The notes under the pieces are model-generated. The model did no database searches. It saw only the letters and a list, made by a program, of their open reading frames with translations, and was not told the DNA's origin. 32,000 bases of DNA, taken from the NCBI RefSeq assembly GCF_013407185.1, contig NZ_CP026995.1, positions 1,043,913-1,075,912 on the forward strand, written 5' to 3'. Positions within the stretch are counted from its first letter, which is position 1; every line of letters starts with the position of its first letter. Positions 7,938-15,637 of the stretch are shown here, in pieces. Origin of the DNA: Nitrosopumilus ureiphilus (GTDB taxonomy: Archaea > Thermoproteota > Nitrososphaeria > Nitrososphaerales > Nitrosopumilaceae). A program made the position numbers and the translations under genes.

Positions 7938-8675
7938 TTATTTCTGGTCGTGTGGGTATTTCTCTTTAGCAGTTTTTGCATAATTTGCAATCTGCTCATC
8001 TGAAACTAATTCGTACAAACCAGTTTCTGTTTTAATATGTGCCATTCTGATGTGACTTGTGCCTTCCTTATCTTCACTTGATAGATAAATTCCAGCAGCA
8101 GATAATATGGCAGCATCATCTAATGATAGATCATCTTTGTATGTTTTTTCTAAAAAGTCTGTAACTTGATCTGAACCTGAACCAATTGCAATTGCATCAT
8201 ATGATATGTACGTTCCACTTGGATCTGTTAGATACAACTGTGGTGTATCATTTACTACTCCGCCAAGAATCAATGCGACACCATACGGTCTCACTCCTGC
8301 ATATTGTGTATATTGCTGACATTGATCCGCCAAGTGTTTTGCAATTGTTTCAACTTCTACTGGTTCATCGTAAATCATTTTGTTACTTTGAGAAAAGAAT
8401 CGTGCATTGTCTACCTGACTTCTTGCATCTGGAATATATCCTGCTGCTGCGACTCCTACATGATCATCAATTTGGAAAATCTTTTGAGCGGTATTTGAGA
8501 TTTGTAATTTTCTCGGTTTTTCTTCAACTGCAATGATAATTCCATCTTTGCATTTTACACCAACAGCTATTGTTCCTCTTCGTACTGTTTCTATTGCGTA
8601 CTCTACTTGATATAATCTACCATCCGGGGAAAACACTGTGATTGCTCTATCGTAACCTTGTTGTGCAGGAAGCAT
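7938..8675 (-). CDS. psmA: Proteasome subunit alpha
   Basis: 245-aa ORF starting MLPAQQGYDRAITVFSPDGRLYQVEYAIE, the canonical alpha-subunit signature. Confidence 0.95.
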   Translation of the reverse strand: MLPAQQGYDRAITVFSPDGRLYQVEYAIETVRRGTIAVGVKCKDGIIIAVEEKPRKLQISNTAQKIFQIDDHVGVAAAGYIPDARSQVDNARFFSQSNKMIYDEPVEVETIAKHLADQCQQYTQYAGVRPYGVALILGGVVNDTPQLYLTDPSGTYISYDAIAIGSGSDQVTDFLEKTYKDDLSLDDAAILSAAGIYLSSEDKEGTSHIRMAHIKTETGLYELVSDEQIANYAKTAKEKYPHDQK

Positions 8676-8700
8676 TTGATTCCAATGCTTTGAATGTACA

Positions 8701-8707
8701 ATTTAAA
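8701..8707 (-). promoter_or_regulatory. TATA-like box (TTTAAAT on the minus strand) of psmA
   Basis: GGTTTAAATTG centred about 29 nt upstream of the psmA ATG. The flank resembles the rpl3 box (GGTTTAATAG). Confidence 0.45.
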
Positions 8708-8871
8708 CCGTACTCTCTTTGAGAACCATTTCTCCATTTTAAACAGGCTCGATAAAATGCTGATCGTATGTTTTATTTTTGAAAAAAATTGATTTTTACA
8801 TATAATCCTGTTTATCAAAATAAAATATCCTGTCTTTTATTACTATTATTGTCATATTACAGATCTAGAAA

Positions 8872-9237
8872 ATGAACCCAATGTTTGGTTTTATTATTGG
8901 CGATTTGATGATGGCAGTAATTATGGTTATTACGTTTTCTATAATTGGTTCATTTACTTCTATATCTTCTAAAAAATCTTTGGTCAAAGAAGTAAATTCT
9001 GCATTAAATATGGATGAGCCAAAAATGTGTACAAAATTTGATAATCCACAAGAATGTATTGGTAATTTTACATATGTGAAAAGAAATCCTCAGGCATGTT
9101 TGCCATATATGGAAGATGAAGAAAATCAATATGAGTGTCTAAATAAATTATTTCAAAAATTTCAAGATAGAGTTTGTAATTATATGAGTGCTGATTTTTA
9201 TGATAAATGTATTATTGAAACACAAAAACGGAACTAA
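8872..9237 (+). CDS. Hypothetical membrane-anchored Cys-rich protein
   Basis: 121-aa ORF with an N-terminal hydrophobic helix (FIIGDLMMAVIMVITFSIIGSF) followed by three C-x(8-12)-C units. Confidence 0.5.
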   Translation: MNPMFGFIIGDLMMAVIMVITFSIIGSFTSISSKKSLVKEVNSALNMDEPKMCTKFDNPQECIGNFTYVKRNPQACLPYMEDEENQYECLNKLFQKFQDRVCNYMSADFYDKCIIETQKRN

Positions 9238-9301
9238 TGAGTTTTTAATTGGAAAACATTATTTGTTAAAGTTTAATTTGAGTTTTTAATCTTCATAGAT
9301 T

Positions 9302-9718
9302 ATGAAATTTGAAATTCAATTCTCAGGTCATGAAAATATTAGATCAAATCATCAAAAAACAATTGAGATTACAAAAGACTCTCATTTAACACTACAAGGT
9401 GACTGTATTGTTGGTATTAATGCAACTTCCAGTTGTTCTGATTTACCTTTAGAACTAAAAGAGAAATTAAAAAATCCTGACTCAAAAATTAAATTTTCTA
9501 TTCGTGTTGGTGATTATGAATTTCTTTTAGAGGGACAAGGCCATCCTGAATTGATTCTTTCTCATACCGAAGACATTGTAATTAGAAAAAGTGACTTTAT
9601 TTGTCCAAGAACTTTGGCAATTAAATGTGATAAATCATCTGATCTACTACCTAGAGACATGGTGGCATTGTTACAAGATCCTAAAACGAAAGGAATCTTC
9701 GCTATTAGTGTTGATTAA
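9302..9718 (+). CDS. Conserved archaeal protein, DUF371-like (COG2090)
   Basis: 138-aa ORF. FSGHENIRSNHQKTIEITKDSHLTLQGDCIVGINA matches my recollection of the DUF371 N-terminal pattern (GH.N...H.tT.E.T......GDCI.g). Function unknown. Confidence 0.5.
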   Translation: MKFEIQFSGHENIRSNHQKTIEITKDSHLTLQGDCIVGINATSSCSDLPLELKEKLKNPDSKIKFSIRVGDYEFLLEGQGHPELILSHTEDIVIRKSDFICPRTLAIKCDKSSDLLPRDMVALLQDPKTKGIFAISVD

Positions 9719-9757
9719 AACTGTCACAATTTTATATGCATTAGTTTAATTTTGAAT

Positions 9758-9877
9758 ATGGGTCTTAAAACTAAAATTTTCATTTTGATTCCATTAGTGG
9801 TCTTTGCTGCCATCATTTTCGGGTTTGGTATGTACAATACATTGTGTAAAAATGCCAATATTCCTCTGAATTGCTAA
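9758..9877 (+). CDS. Possible 39-aa membrane micro-protein
   Basis: Manual translation gives MGLKTKIFILIPLVVFAAIIFGFGMYNTLCKNANIPLNC, with one hydrophobic helix and two C-terminal Cys. No homology recognised. Confidence 0.3.
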   Translation: MGLKTKIFILIPLVVFAAIIFGFGMYNTLCKNANIPLNC

Positions 9878-9966
9878 TTTGATGTCCAAAGAATTCTAAT
9901 AATTCTCTATTTTAGTTAATTCTGATTTAGCAAGATTCTCTTAAAGCATTAGAAAGTAGAGCATAC

Positions 9967-10308
9967 ATGGTTAAAACCACCATTGAATTATCCATTTCTG
10001 ATAAACCATCTGATGCAGAATTAAAAAAACTTAAAGAATATTTCAAAGAAATGCCTGTGACTGAAATTCTTACAGGTTTAAAATTTGCAAAAAACAGGTG
10101 GTCTGCAAAAGATGCTGGAACTCTTAAGGTTGGCAGAAAAAGCATTATTCAAAAAGAGGTACACTCTGTTACTGCAGAACAAGCTCAATGGAGATTAAAA
10201 AATTGGAAGATGATGATTGCAAATTATCGTCGACGCGGGTATAGTTACCCCACAATTTCTAGAATAAAGAAAATACTTGTTCAGAAAAGTAAAAAGAAAT
10301 CAAAATAA
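9967..10308 (+). CDS. Hypothetical basic protein
   Basis: 113-aa ORF with a Lys/Arg-rich C-terminus (RRRGYSYPTISRIKKILVQKSKKKSK) that could be a helix-turn-helix-like segment. No family recognised. Confidence 0.45.
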   Translation: MVKTTIELSISDKPSDAELKKLKEYFKEMPVTEILTGLKFAKNRWSAKDAGTLKVGRKSIIQKEVHSVTAEQAQWRLKNWKMMIANYRRRGYSYPTISRIKKILVQKSKKKSK

Positions 10309-10313
10309 AAAAA
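10307..10313 (-). terminator. Oligo-T tract (T7 on the minus strand) immediately after the multicopper oxidase stop
   Basis: The minus strand reads TAA-TTTCA-TTTTTTT. Archaeal RNA polymerase terminates at oligo-T tracts. Confidence 0.35.
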
Positions 10314-10318
10314 TGAAA

Positions 10319-11596
10319 TTAAATCACTTTGAAAAGTGACATCATTCCTGCTGAAATATGGTCATTGACGTGACAGTGGAACATCCATGTTCCTACATTG
10401 TCCGGAATAAAATCAACTGTCTTTAGGCTAGCTGGCATTAATTCCATCACATCGACTCTCATACCATTCCACAAGACAGTGTTTCCATGCCAATGCGGTG
10501 TATGCAAATCTACTTCTGTTCCCATACCTATTAGATACCAACGCACATGTTCGCCTTTTTGAACAGTTTGTCCTGGCAAATTACCATAAACATATCCGTT
10601 AATACCATGCATTAGATTGCTTTCGGCAAAATCATCATCTTCTATTAATTTCTCATTATCACAAGTTTCATCTGTAAATTTTTCTAGATTCTCACACAAA
10701 TAGTGACTAGAATTTTCATCAGAAACTGTAAACAGACTTACCATTTCTCTGTCAACATCCATTGGCCTGCCAGTAGAATCGGCCATTCCTTTTGATGTTA
10801 TAACGATTGGACCAACAAGTCCTGAATTTGTATCCATTGGAGAATCAACATGTGAATGATACATCCAGACGATTGAACTTGGGTCATTTGGTCCTGGTCC
10901 TGCACGTTGTGGTACAGACCAATTATAGGTATGAATTTGTCCTGGAGCAACTATTCCATCAGATCTGTTATTGACAGAAGTTCCATCATTATATTCAGAA
11001 CCCTCGGAATCTTTGTCATAAAAGACACCATGTGGATGAACAGAATAATTTAGTTCATCAGAATTATTTTTGAATACAACTTTGATTGCATCGCAAACTT
11101 CTGCATGAATGATTGGTCCTAGTGTTCCAAGATGTTGCCATTCAGATGTTCGAGGTTTAAGTTTTGAAAATGTTTCATCCGTGTATTCACGGTATAATGC
11201 CTTGATGTATTTACTGCCAATTCTATCTGGAGTATTTTCAACAAACACATTTTCATCTTCATTAAACTCATGTGCTTTCATCTGATTAAGTCCTAAAGGG
11301 GCATAGTCCCATTCTACTTCGTCTGCTGCAATGTAAAAAGTACGAGTAGTTCCTTCATTACTTTTACATTCACCAGTTTGGGAAGTGGTGTCAATTTGAT
11401 ATTCTTTTTGGGAAGAATGACTAATTGCAGGTTCAGAACATAGTCTATCCCCACAAACTTTGTTAGAACCAATTTGAGGTAATCCTACTCCTTGACCTTT
11501 AGCAGCTTCGCTTTCTTGAATCAAACCTACAGATAAGGATCCAAGAAGTGTTACTGACAATGCAATCAGCATAAGAGATGTTCTTGATTTAGTCAT
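10319..11596 (-). CDS. Two-domain multicopper oxidase, ceruloplasmin / factor VIII A-domain-like, with N-terminal signal or anchor
   Basis: 425-aa ORF. The four MCO copper motifs occur in order: VHPHG, WMYHSHVD, HTPHWHGN and FHCHVNDHISAGM. The hydrophobic N-terminus is SLMLIALSVTLLGSLSVGLI. Confidence 0.9.
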   Translation of the reverse strand: MTKSRTSLMLIALSVTLLGSLSVGLIQESEAAKGQGVGLPQIGSNKVCGDRLCSEPAISHSSQKEYQIDTTSQTGECKSNEGTTRTFYIAADEVEWDYAPLGLNQMKAHEFNEDENVFVENTPDRIGSKYIKALYREYTDETFSKLKPRTSEWQHLGTLGPIIHAEVCDAIKVVFKNNSDELNYSVHPHGVFYDKDSEGSEYNDGTSVNNRSDGIVAPGQIHTYNWSVPQRAGPGPNDPSSIVWMYHSHVDSPMDTNSGLVGPIVITSKGMADSTGRPMDVDREMVSLFTVSDENSSHYLCENLEKFTDETCDNEKLIEDDDFAESNLMHGINGYVYGNLPGQTVQKGEHVRWYLIGMGTEVDLHTPHWHGNTVLWNGMRVDVMELMPASLKTVDFIPDNVGTWMFHCHVNDHISAGMMSLFKVI

Positions 11597-11707
11597 TGGA
11601 TTAATTAAAAAAATATTTTGTTTTAAGTCATTGGCATGTTCTTTAAAGTTATTCTACTTTCTTAGAATGATTTCCTAACTGTTTAATTATATTAATTTCA
11701 AAAAATA

Positions 11708-12358
11708 CTAGATGAATATGTCTGACTTTCTCTCAACTATCTGTTTTTTAAGACTCTCTGGAACGTCTGGAATAGACGATTTTGTCTGGCCCGCAATGAC
11801 ATTGTGGGCTTCTTCAAGAATTGCTAATGTGTCTGCATTTGTTTCAGCACCAACATTCATGGTCTCTCCCATGTTTACTGATGAACCTGACATGACATCG
11901 CCTAGTATTTGTGACAAATCTTGCATTGAAGCATTTGCTTCTGGCATTATTCCACTAAGTGATGGACTAAGACCTTTAATGATTGACATACATGGACTAA
12001 GAGTTACTACCACGTCTCCTAATTCTGAAACAGTATCTAATCTAAGCTTGACTTGTTCCATTGAAAGTTTGGCCCCGCTTACCATGTTTTTCATTTTTCT
12101 TACTTGAGATAATTCCCCCGCATATGCCTGGGCATAACTGGGTTTGTTGTTTCTTTGTGCATTTACAATCTTTTCAAAGATAACATCGTGTTTTTTCTGT
12201 AATTTTTCATTAATTGATTCTAATTTTGAGATCTGAAATTGTAATTTTTTCTGTGCAAAGTCGATTTTGTTCTTTAATGGTTCATCTGGCCTTACCCTTC
12301 CCATTACTTTTTGAGAAATACTCTCTCCTTCTACTTTATTCCAAGAATTGCTGAACAA
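11708..12358 (-). CDS. cdvB: ESCRT-III (Snf7/Vps2 family) cell-division protein, CdvB-type
   Basis: 216-aa helical ORF. VKLRLDTVSELGDVVVTLSPCMSIIKGLSPSLSGIMPEANASMQDLSQILGDV is collinear with crenarchaeal CdvB as I remember it. The start is TTG with GAGG about 14 nt upstream. The N-terminus is MFSNSW. Confidence 0.8.
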   Translation of the reverse strand: MFSNSWNKVEGESISQKVMGRVRPDEPLKNKIDFAQKKLQFQISKLESINEKLQKKHDVIFEKIVNAQRNNKPSYAQAYAGELSQVRKMKNMVSGAKLSMEQVKLRLDTVSELGDVVVTLSPCMSIIKGLSPSLSGIMPEANASMQDLSQILGDVMSGSSVNMGETMNVGAETNADTLAILEEAHNVIAGQTKSSIPDVPESLKKQIVERKSDIFI

Positions 12359-12417
12359 ACCTTAATTTCCTCAATATGATTGAAAATATTTGTTTTAAAG
12401 AGATTTGTCGCCCCAGC

Positions 12418-12455
12418 TAGTGTAACTGAAGTGACAACAGGCTTTGGTTACACTA
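12418..12455 (-). terminator. Perfect 9-bp inverted repeat (TAGTGTAAC / GTTACACTA, 20-nt loop) embedding the stop codon of the thioredoxin-like gene
   Basis: Read directly: arms at 12418-12426 and 12447-12455, with the stop codon at 12453-12455. No oligo-T follows on the minus strand, so a terminator role is uncertain. Confidence 0.25.
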
Positions 12456-13559
12456 TCCGAATGTGAATGTAAATATTTGAAAGCCTTTACCTTCTACCTT
12501 GATTTCTATAGTGTGGGAAGCACTAGTTTCACTGTTAATAATATTGTATAATCCTGCTTCTGAAACTGTCAAAATATTTTTAGATGTGATGTCTTTTCCT
12601 GCATATTCTGATGGAAGTGGTTCTCCATCTAGAAATATTTCTAATTCTGCATTATTTTCTGTTACAATGTTTACTTCTTTTGCATTGTACGATAGTTTGA
12701 TAGAACCTTTTTCAGATACTAATTCCATACTGTCATCATAATTTTTCCAATTGCCTATTAGGTAAAACTTATGCAAATCAATTTTATTGGGTTCTGAATA
12801 TGTTACAATTTTCCCTGGTTGAAATCCCTCATCACTGCCTAGTTGATTTCTATTCTGAGCAAATTGGTGACCAAAATACAATTCAGGCGTTCTAAACATT
12901 GTATGTTCAAACTCTTCTATTTCAACAAGTGATGCATCTGATGACATCTGAATTCCAAGCGATGATGCTCTTTCTTCTAAAAGTTGTTGGATAATTTTTT
13001 CAGTTTCTTGATATCCGCCTTCACCGATGTGATCATATCTGATATATCCTTCATGATCTGCAATGTATTTTCTTGGCCAGTATCTGTTCTCAAACGCTTT
13101 CCATGTTTTCATGTCATTGTCCATTACAACAGGATACTCTATTCCATGTTTGTCAATTGCCATTTTAACATTTTCTGGATTTTTTTCAAATTCAAATTCA
13201 GGCGAATGTATTCCCACAACTAACAATCCCTGATCTCCATATTTGTCATCCCATGCAGTAATGTATGGAAGTGTTCTGATACAATTAATGCAACTATATG
13301 TCCAGATATCATAAAGGACTACTTTGTCTTTGATTTGTTTTTTCAATTCTTCAGGTGTTGTATTAAGATAATATGCTATTCCTACTAAATCTGGTGCAAT
13401 TTTAAACCCTGATTTGTCAATTTTAGTATTCGAATTTACATCCTGAATGATTACTGTTTCAGATTTCTCATCTAGAGTTGAGAGCGTAATGCTTGTAATT
13501 CCTATGCCTACTGCAATCACAATTCCTAAGATTAATGCAATTTTAATTTCTGATTTCAT
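12453..13559 (-). CDS. Membrane-anchored thioredoxin-like protein with a C-terminal beta-rich domain (DipZ C-terminal-type)
   Basis: 368-aa ORF with an N-terminal TM helix, a redox motif WTYSCINCIRTLP inside a redoxin-like region, and a C-terminal domain ending ...GKGFQIFTFTFG as in DipZ-type proteins. It lies directly downstream of ccdA. Confidence 0.8.
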   Translation of the reverse strand: MKSEIKIALILGIVIAVGIGITSITLSTLDEKSETVIIQDVNSNTKIDKSGFKIAPDLVGIAYYLNTTPEELKKQIKDKVVLYDIWTYSCINCIRTLPYITAWDDKYGDQGLLVVGIHSPEFEFEKNPENVKMAIDKHGIEYPVVMDNDMKTWKAFENRYWPRKYIADHEGYIRYDHIGEGGYQETEKIIQQLLEERASSLGIQMSSDASLVEIEEFEHTMFRTPELYFGHQFAQNRNQLGSDEGFQPGKIVTYSEPNKIDLHKFYLIGNWKNYDDSMELVSEKGSIKLSYNAKEVNIVTENNAELEIFLDGEPLPSEYAGKDITSKNILTVSEAGLYNIINSETSASHTIEIKVEGKGFQIFTFTFG

Positions 13560-13563
13560 TTAT

Positions 13564-14298
13564 TCACCCTAAAAATATTAATTCGTTGAGAAGTGGAAAA
13601 TTTGCAATATATGCTAATTGATTTGTAAATACTAAAACTCCTAAAACTACAATAAATCCTCCTAAAATGATGTTATAATATTTTAGATGTTTACTCATAG
13701 AGCGAATAACTCTGTTTGCTCTAGAATAAAACACTCCTATCAAAATAAATGGGATTCCCAATCCTAGTGAGTAAACCAATAGTAAATTAAATGCAACAGA
13801 AGGTGTTGTTGCAGCTAGCGTGAGTATTGTTCCAAGTATTGGTCCTACACATGGTGTCCACCCTACTGCAAATGCCAGTCCAAAAACAAATGACATTGGA
13901 TAACTTGCTTTATTTCTTTTAGGAAAGAATCTCTTTTCCATATTTAGTTTGTTGATCTTTGTGGACAGAAGTAAGAAAATTCCAAAACCTATGATGATTA
14001 TCCCTCCCACTTGATTTAATGTATCTACAAATTCTCCAGCTGCAGTTCCAAGTACGCTATTAATTATTACTCCTAATATAGAAAATACTACTGAAAATCC
14101 TAAAACAAAAAATATTGAATTTAATACAATGTTTGTTCTGTTTATCGACAGTGTCTTGGAATTTCCTTTTTGATTTAATTCAGTAAGTGTAGTTCCTGAA
14201 ATATATGCAAGAAATGCTGGAATCATTGGTAAAATACATGGTGCTACAAATGATCCTAATCCTGCCAGCGCAGCTACTGCAAGAGTGATCTCGGCCAC
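13564..14298 (-). CDS. ccdA: Cytochrome c-type biogenesis / thiol-disulfide electron transporter CcdA (DsbD family membrane core)
   Basis: 244-aa polytopic ORF with the two conserved Cys-Pro motifs APCILPMIP and WTPCVGPILG. GTG start. Confidence 0.9.
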   Translation of the reverse strand: MAEITLAVAALAGLGSFVAPCILPMIPAFLAYISGTTLTELNQKGNSKTLSINRTNIVLNSIFFVLGFSVVFSILGVIINSVLGTAAGEFVDTLNQVGGIIIIGFGIFLLLSTKINKLNMEKRFFPKRNKASYPMSFVFGLAFAVGWTPCVGPILGTILTLAATTPSVAFNLLLVYSLGLGIPFILIGVFYSRANRVIRSMSKHLKYYNIILGGFIVVLGVLVFTNQLAYIANFPLLNELIFLG

Positions 14299-14392
14299 GC
14301 ATTAAATTTACAATTTTTCCTTTAAAGCATTCTTCCATATCTATTCCAAAAACCTACAATCCGTTTTTATCTGGGATTGTGTATCTTTTAGC

Positions 14393-14497
14393 ATGAATAA
14401 GCGATTCATCATAGTAGGCATTGCCTTGGGTATAGTTATCGCCCTTGCAGTAATTATTGGATCCCCCGCACTTGGTGGATTTGATTCTATGCGCTAG
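14393..14497 (+). CDS. Possible 34-aa membrane micro-protein
   Basis: Manual translation gives MNKRFIIVGIALGIVIALAVIIGSPALGGFDSMR. Its stop abuts the bioF stop, so the two genes are convergent. No homology recognised. Confidence 0.25.
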   Translation: MNKRFIIVGIALGIVIALAVIIGSPALGGFDSMR

Positions 14498-15637
14498 TTA
14501 TCTGAATTTCCTATAAGATTTCTCAAAAATTACAAGTGATCTCTCAATATCTCTATCTGATAACCATGCTGTGACTGAAATTCTTAATCTTGCTTGATTT
14601 TTTGGAACGGTGGGATATCTGATTGGCTGTGCAAATATTCCATTATCCATTAAAAATTCTCCAAACTTCATTGCATTTTTTTCATTTCCTATGACTATTG
14701 GAATAATATGTGTTGTAGAATTAATTTCAAATCCAATCTCTTTTAATCCTTTGATTAATCGGTTAGTATTTTTTTCTAATTTTTTCTTTTGTTTTTCTCT
14801 ATTTGATTTGAATCTTCTTATAGAATATTCAATTAAAATTGACGGAAGTGCTGATGTATAGATAAACGATTTTGATTTATTAATGCATAAATCGATTACA
14901 TTGTTTTTTGATGCAACATATCCTCCAAAAGATCCTAGACCTTTACTTAGACTACTAATATACAAATCAATTTTTTTTTCGACATTAAAATAATTTGGTG
15001 TTCCTTTTCCATCTTTACCAACTACAAAATCACCATGTGCGTCATCTACTACTGTAATTGCATTTTGTTTTTCAGATAACTCTGTAATTTCTTTTAATGG
15101 TGAAAAATCCCCGTCCATACTGAATATCCCTTCAGTAATCACAAATTTGTTTTTCCCTTTTAATTTTAATTTCTTTTCTAAATCTTGAATGTTGTTGTGT
15201 TTATACACAATTATTTTTGCATCTGATAATTTACATGATTCAATTATGCTTGCATGGTTTAACTCATCGCTTAGAATCACATCTCCCTTTTTTGCAATTG
15301 TAGTAATTGCCCCCAAATTTGCCATGTATCCTGTAGGATAAACAAGACTTTTTTGTTGTGATTTATGTTTTGCCAGAATTTCTTCTAATTTGTTATATGA
15401 TTCATCATTGCCAGATACAAGTCTGGAGCTAGATTGAAGTTGGTTAGTTTGAATTTCTTCTGTAAGAATTCCCAAATAGTCATTTGAGCATAGATTTAGT
15501 AATTTTTTATTGTTGATAGTAATGTGAGCACCTTTGGATTTTCCATATTGCAATTTTCTATAGAGATTTTGTTTCTTTAAACTCTCTAATTCAGAATCAA
15601 TAAAGTCTAGTTTATGATTGGAGACCAATTCTCTCAA
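14498..15637 (-). CDS. bioF: 8-amino-7-oxononanoate synthase
   Basis: 379-aa ORF with SNDYLG, DDAHG and the PLP-lysine motif SSLSKGLGSFGGY. TTG start lying 26 nt inside bioB. Confidence 0.85.
   Translation of the reverse strand: MRELVSNHKLDFIDSELESLKKQNLYRKLQYGKSKGAHITINNKKLLNLCSNDYLGILTEEIQTNQLQSSSRLVSGNDESYNKLEEILAKHKSQQKSLVYPTGYMANLGAITTIAKKGDVILSDELNHASIIESCKLSDAKIIVYKHNNIQDLEKKLKLKGKNKFVITEGIFSMDGDFSPLKEITELSEKQNAITVVDDAHGDFVVGKDGKGTPNYFNVEKKIDLYISSLSKGLGSFGGYVASKNNVIDLCINKSKSFIYTSALPSILIEYSIRRFKSNREKQKKKLEKNTNRLIKGLKEIGFEINSTTHIIPIVIGNEKNAMKFGEFLMDNGIFAQPIRYPTVPKNQARLRISVTAWLSDRDIERSLVIFEKSYRKFR

Noticed and set aside
8186-8818. ORFs 8186..8536, 8304..8498 (plus strand) and 8603..8818 (minus strand)
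   Set aside because: The first two are antisense to psmA. The third runs through the psmA promoter into its 5' end in another frame. The translations look random.
9892-9939. Repeated AATTCT hexamers (9892, 9901, 9918, plus ATTCT at 9935) upstream of ORF 9967..10308
   Set aside because: The motif is short, spacing is irregular (9, 17 and 17 nt), and the composition is AT-rich. This is well within chance expectation.
11712-12107. 131-aa plus-strand ORF
   Set aside because: Antisense shadow of cdvB with no recognisable features.
10319-12358. Functional linkage of the multicopper oxidase and the adjacent cdvB
   Set aside because: The genes are separated by 111 nt with their own A/T-rich promoter regions. 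There is no biological rationale, so the adjacency is probably incidental.
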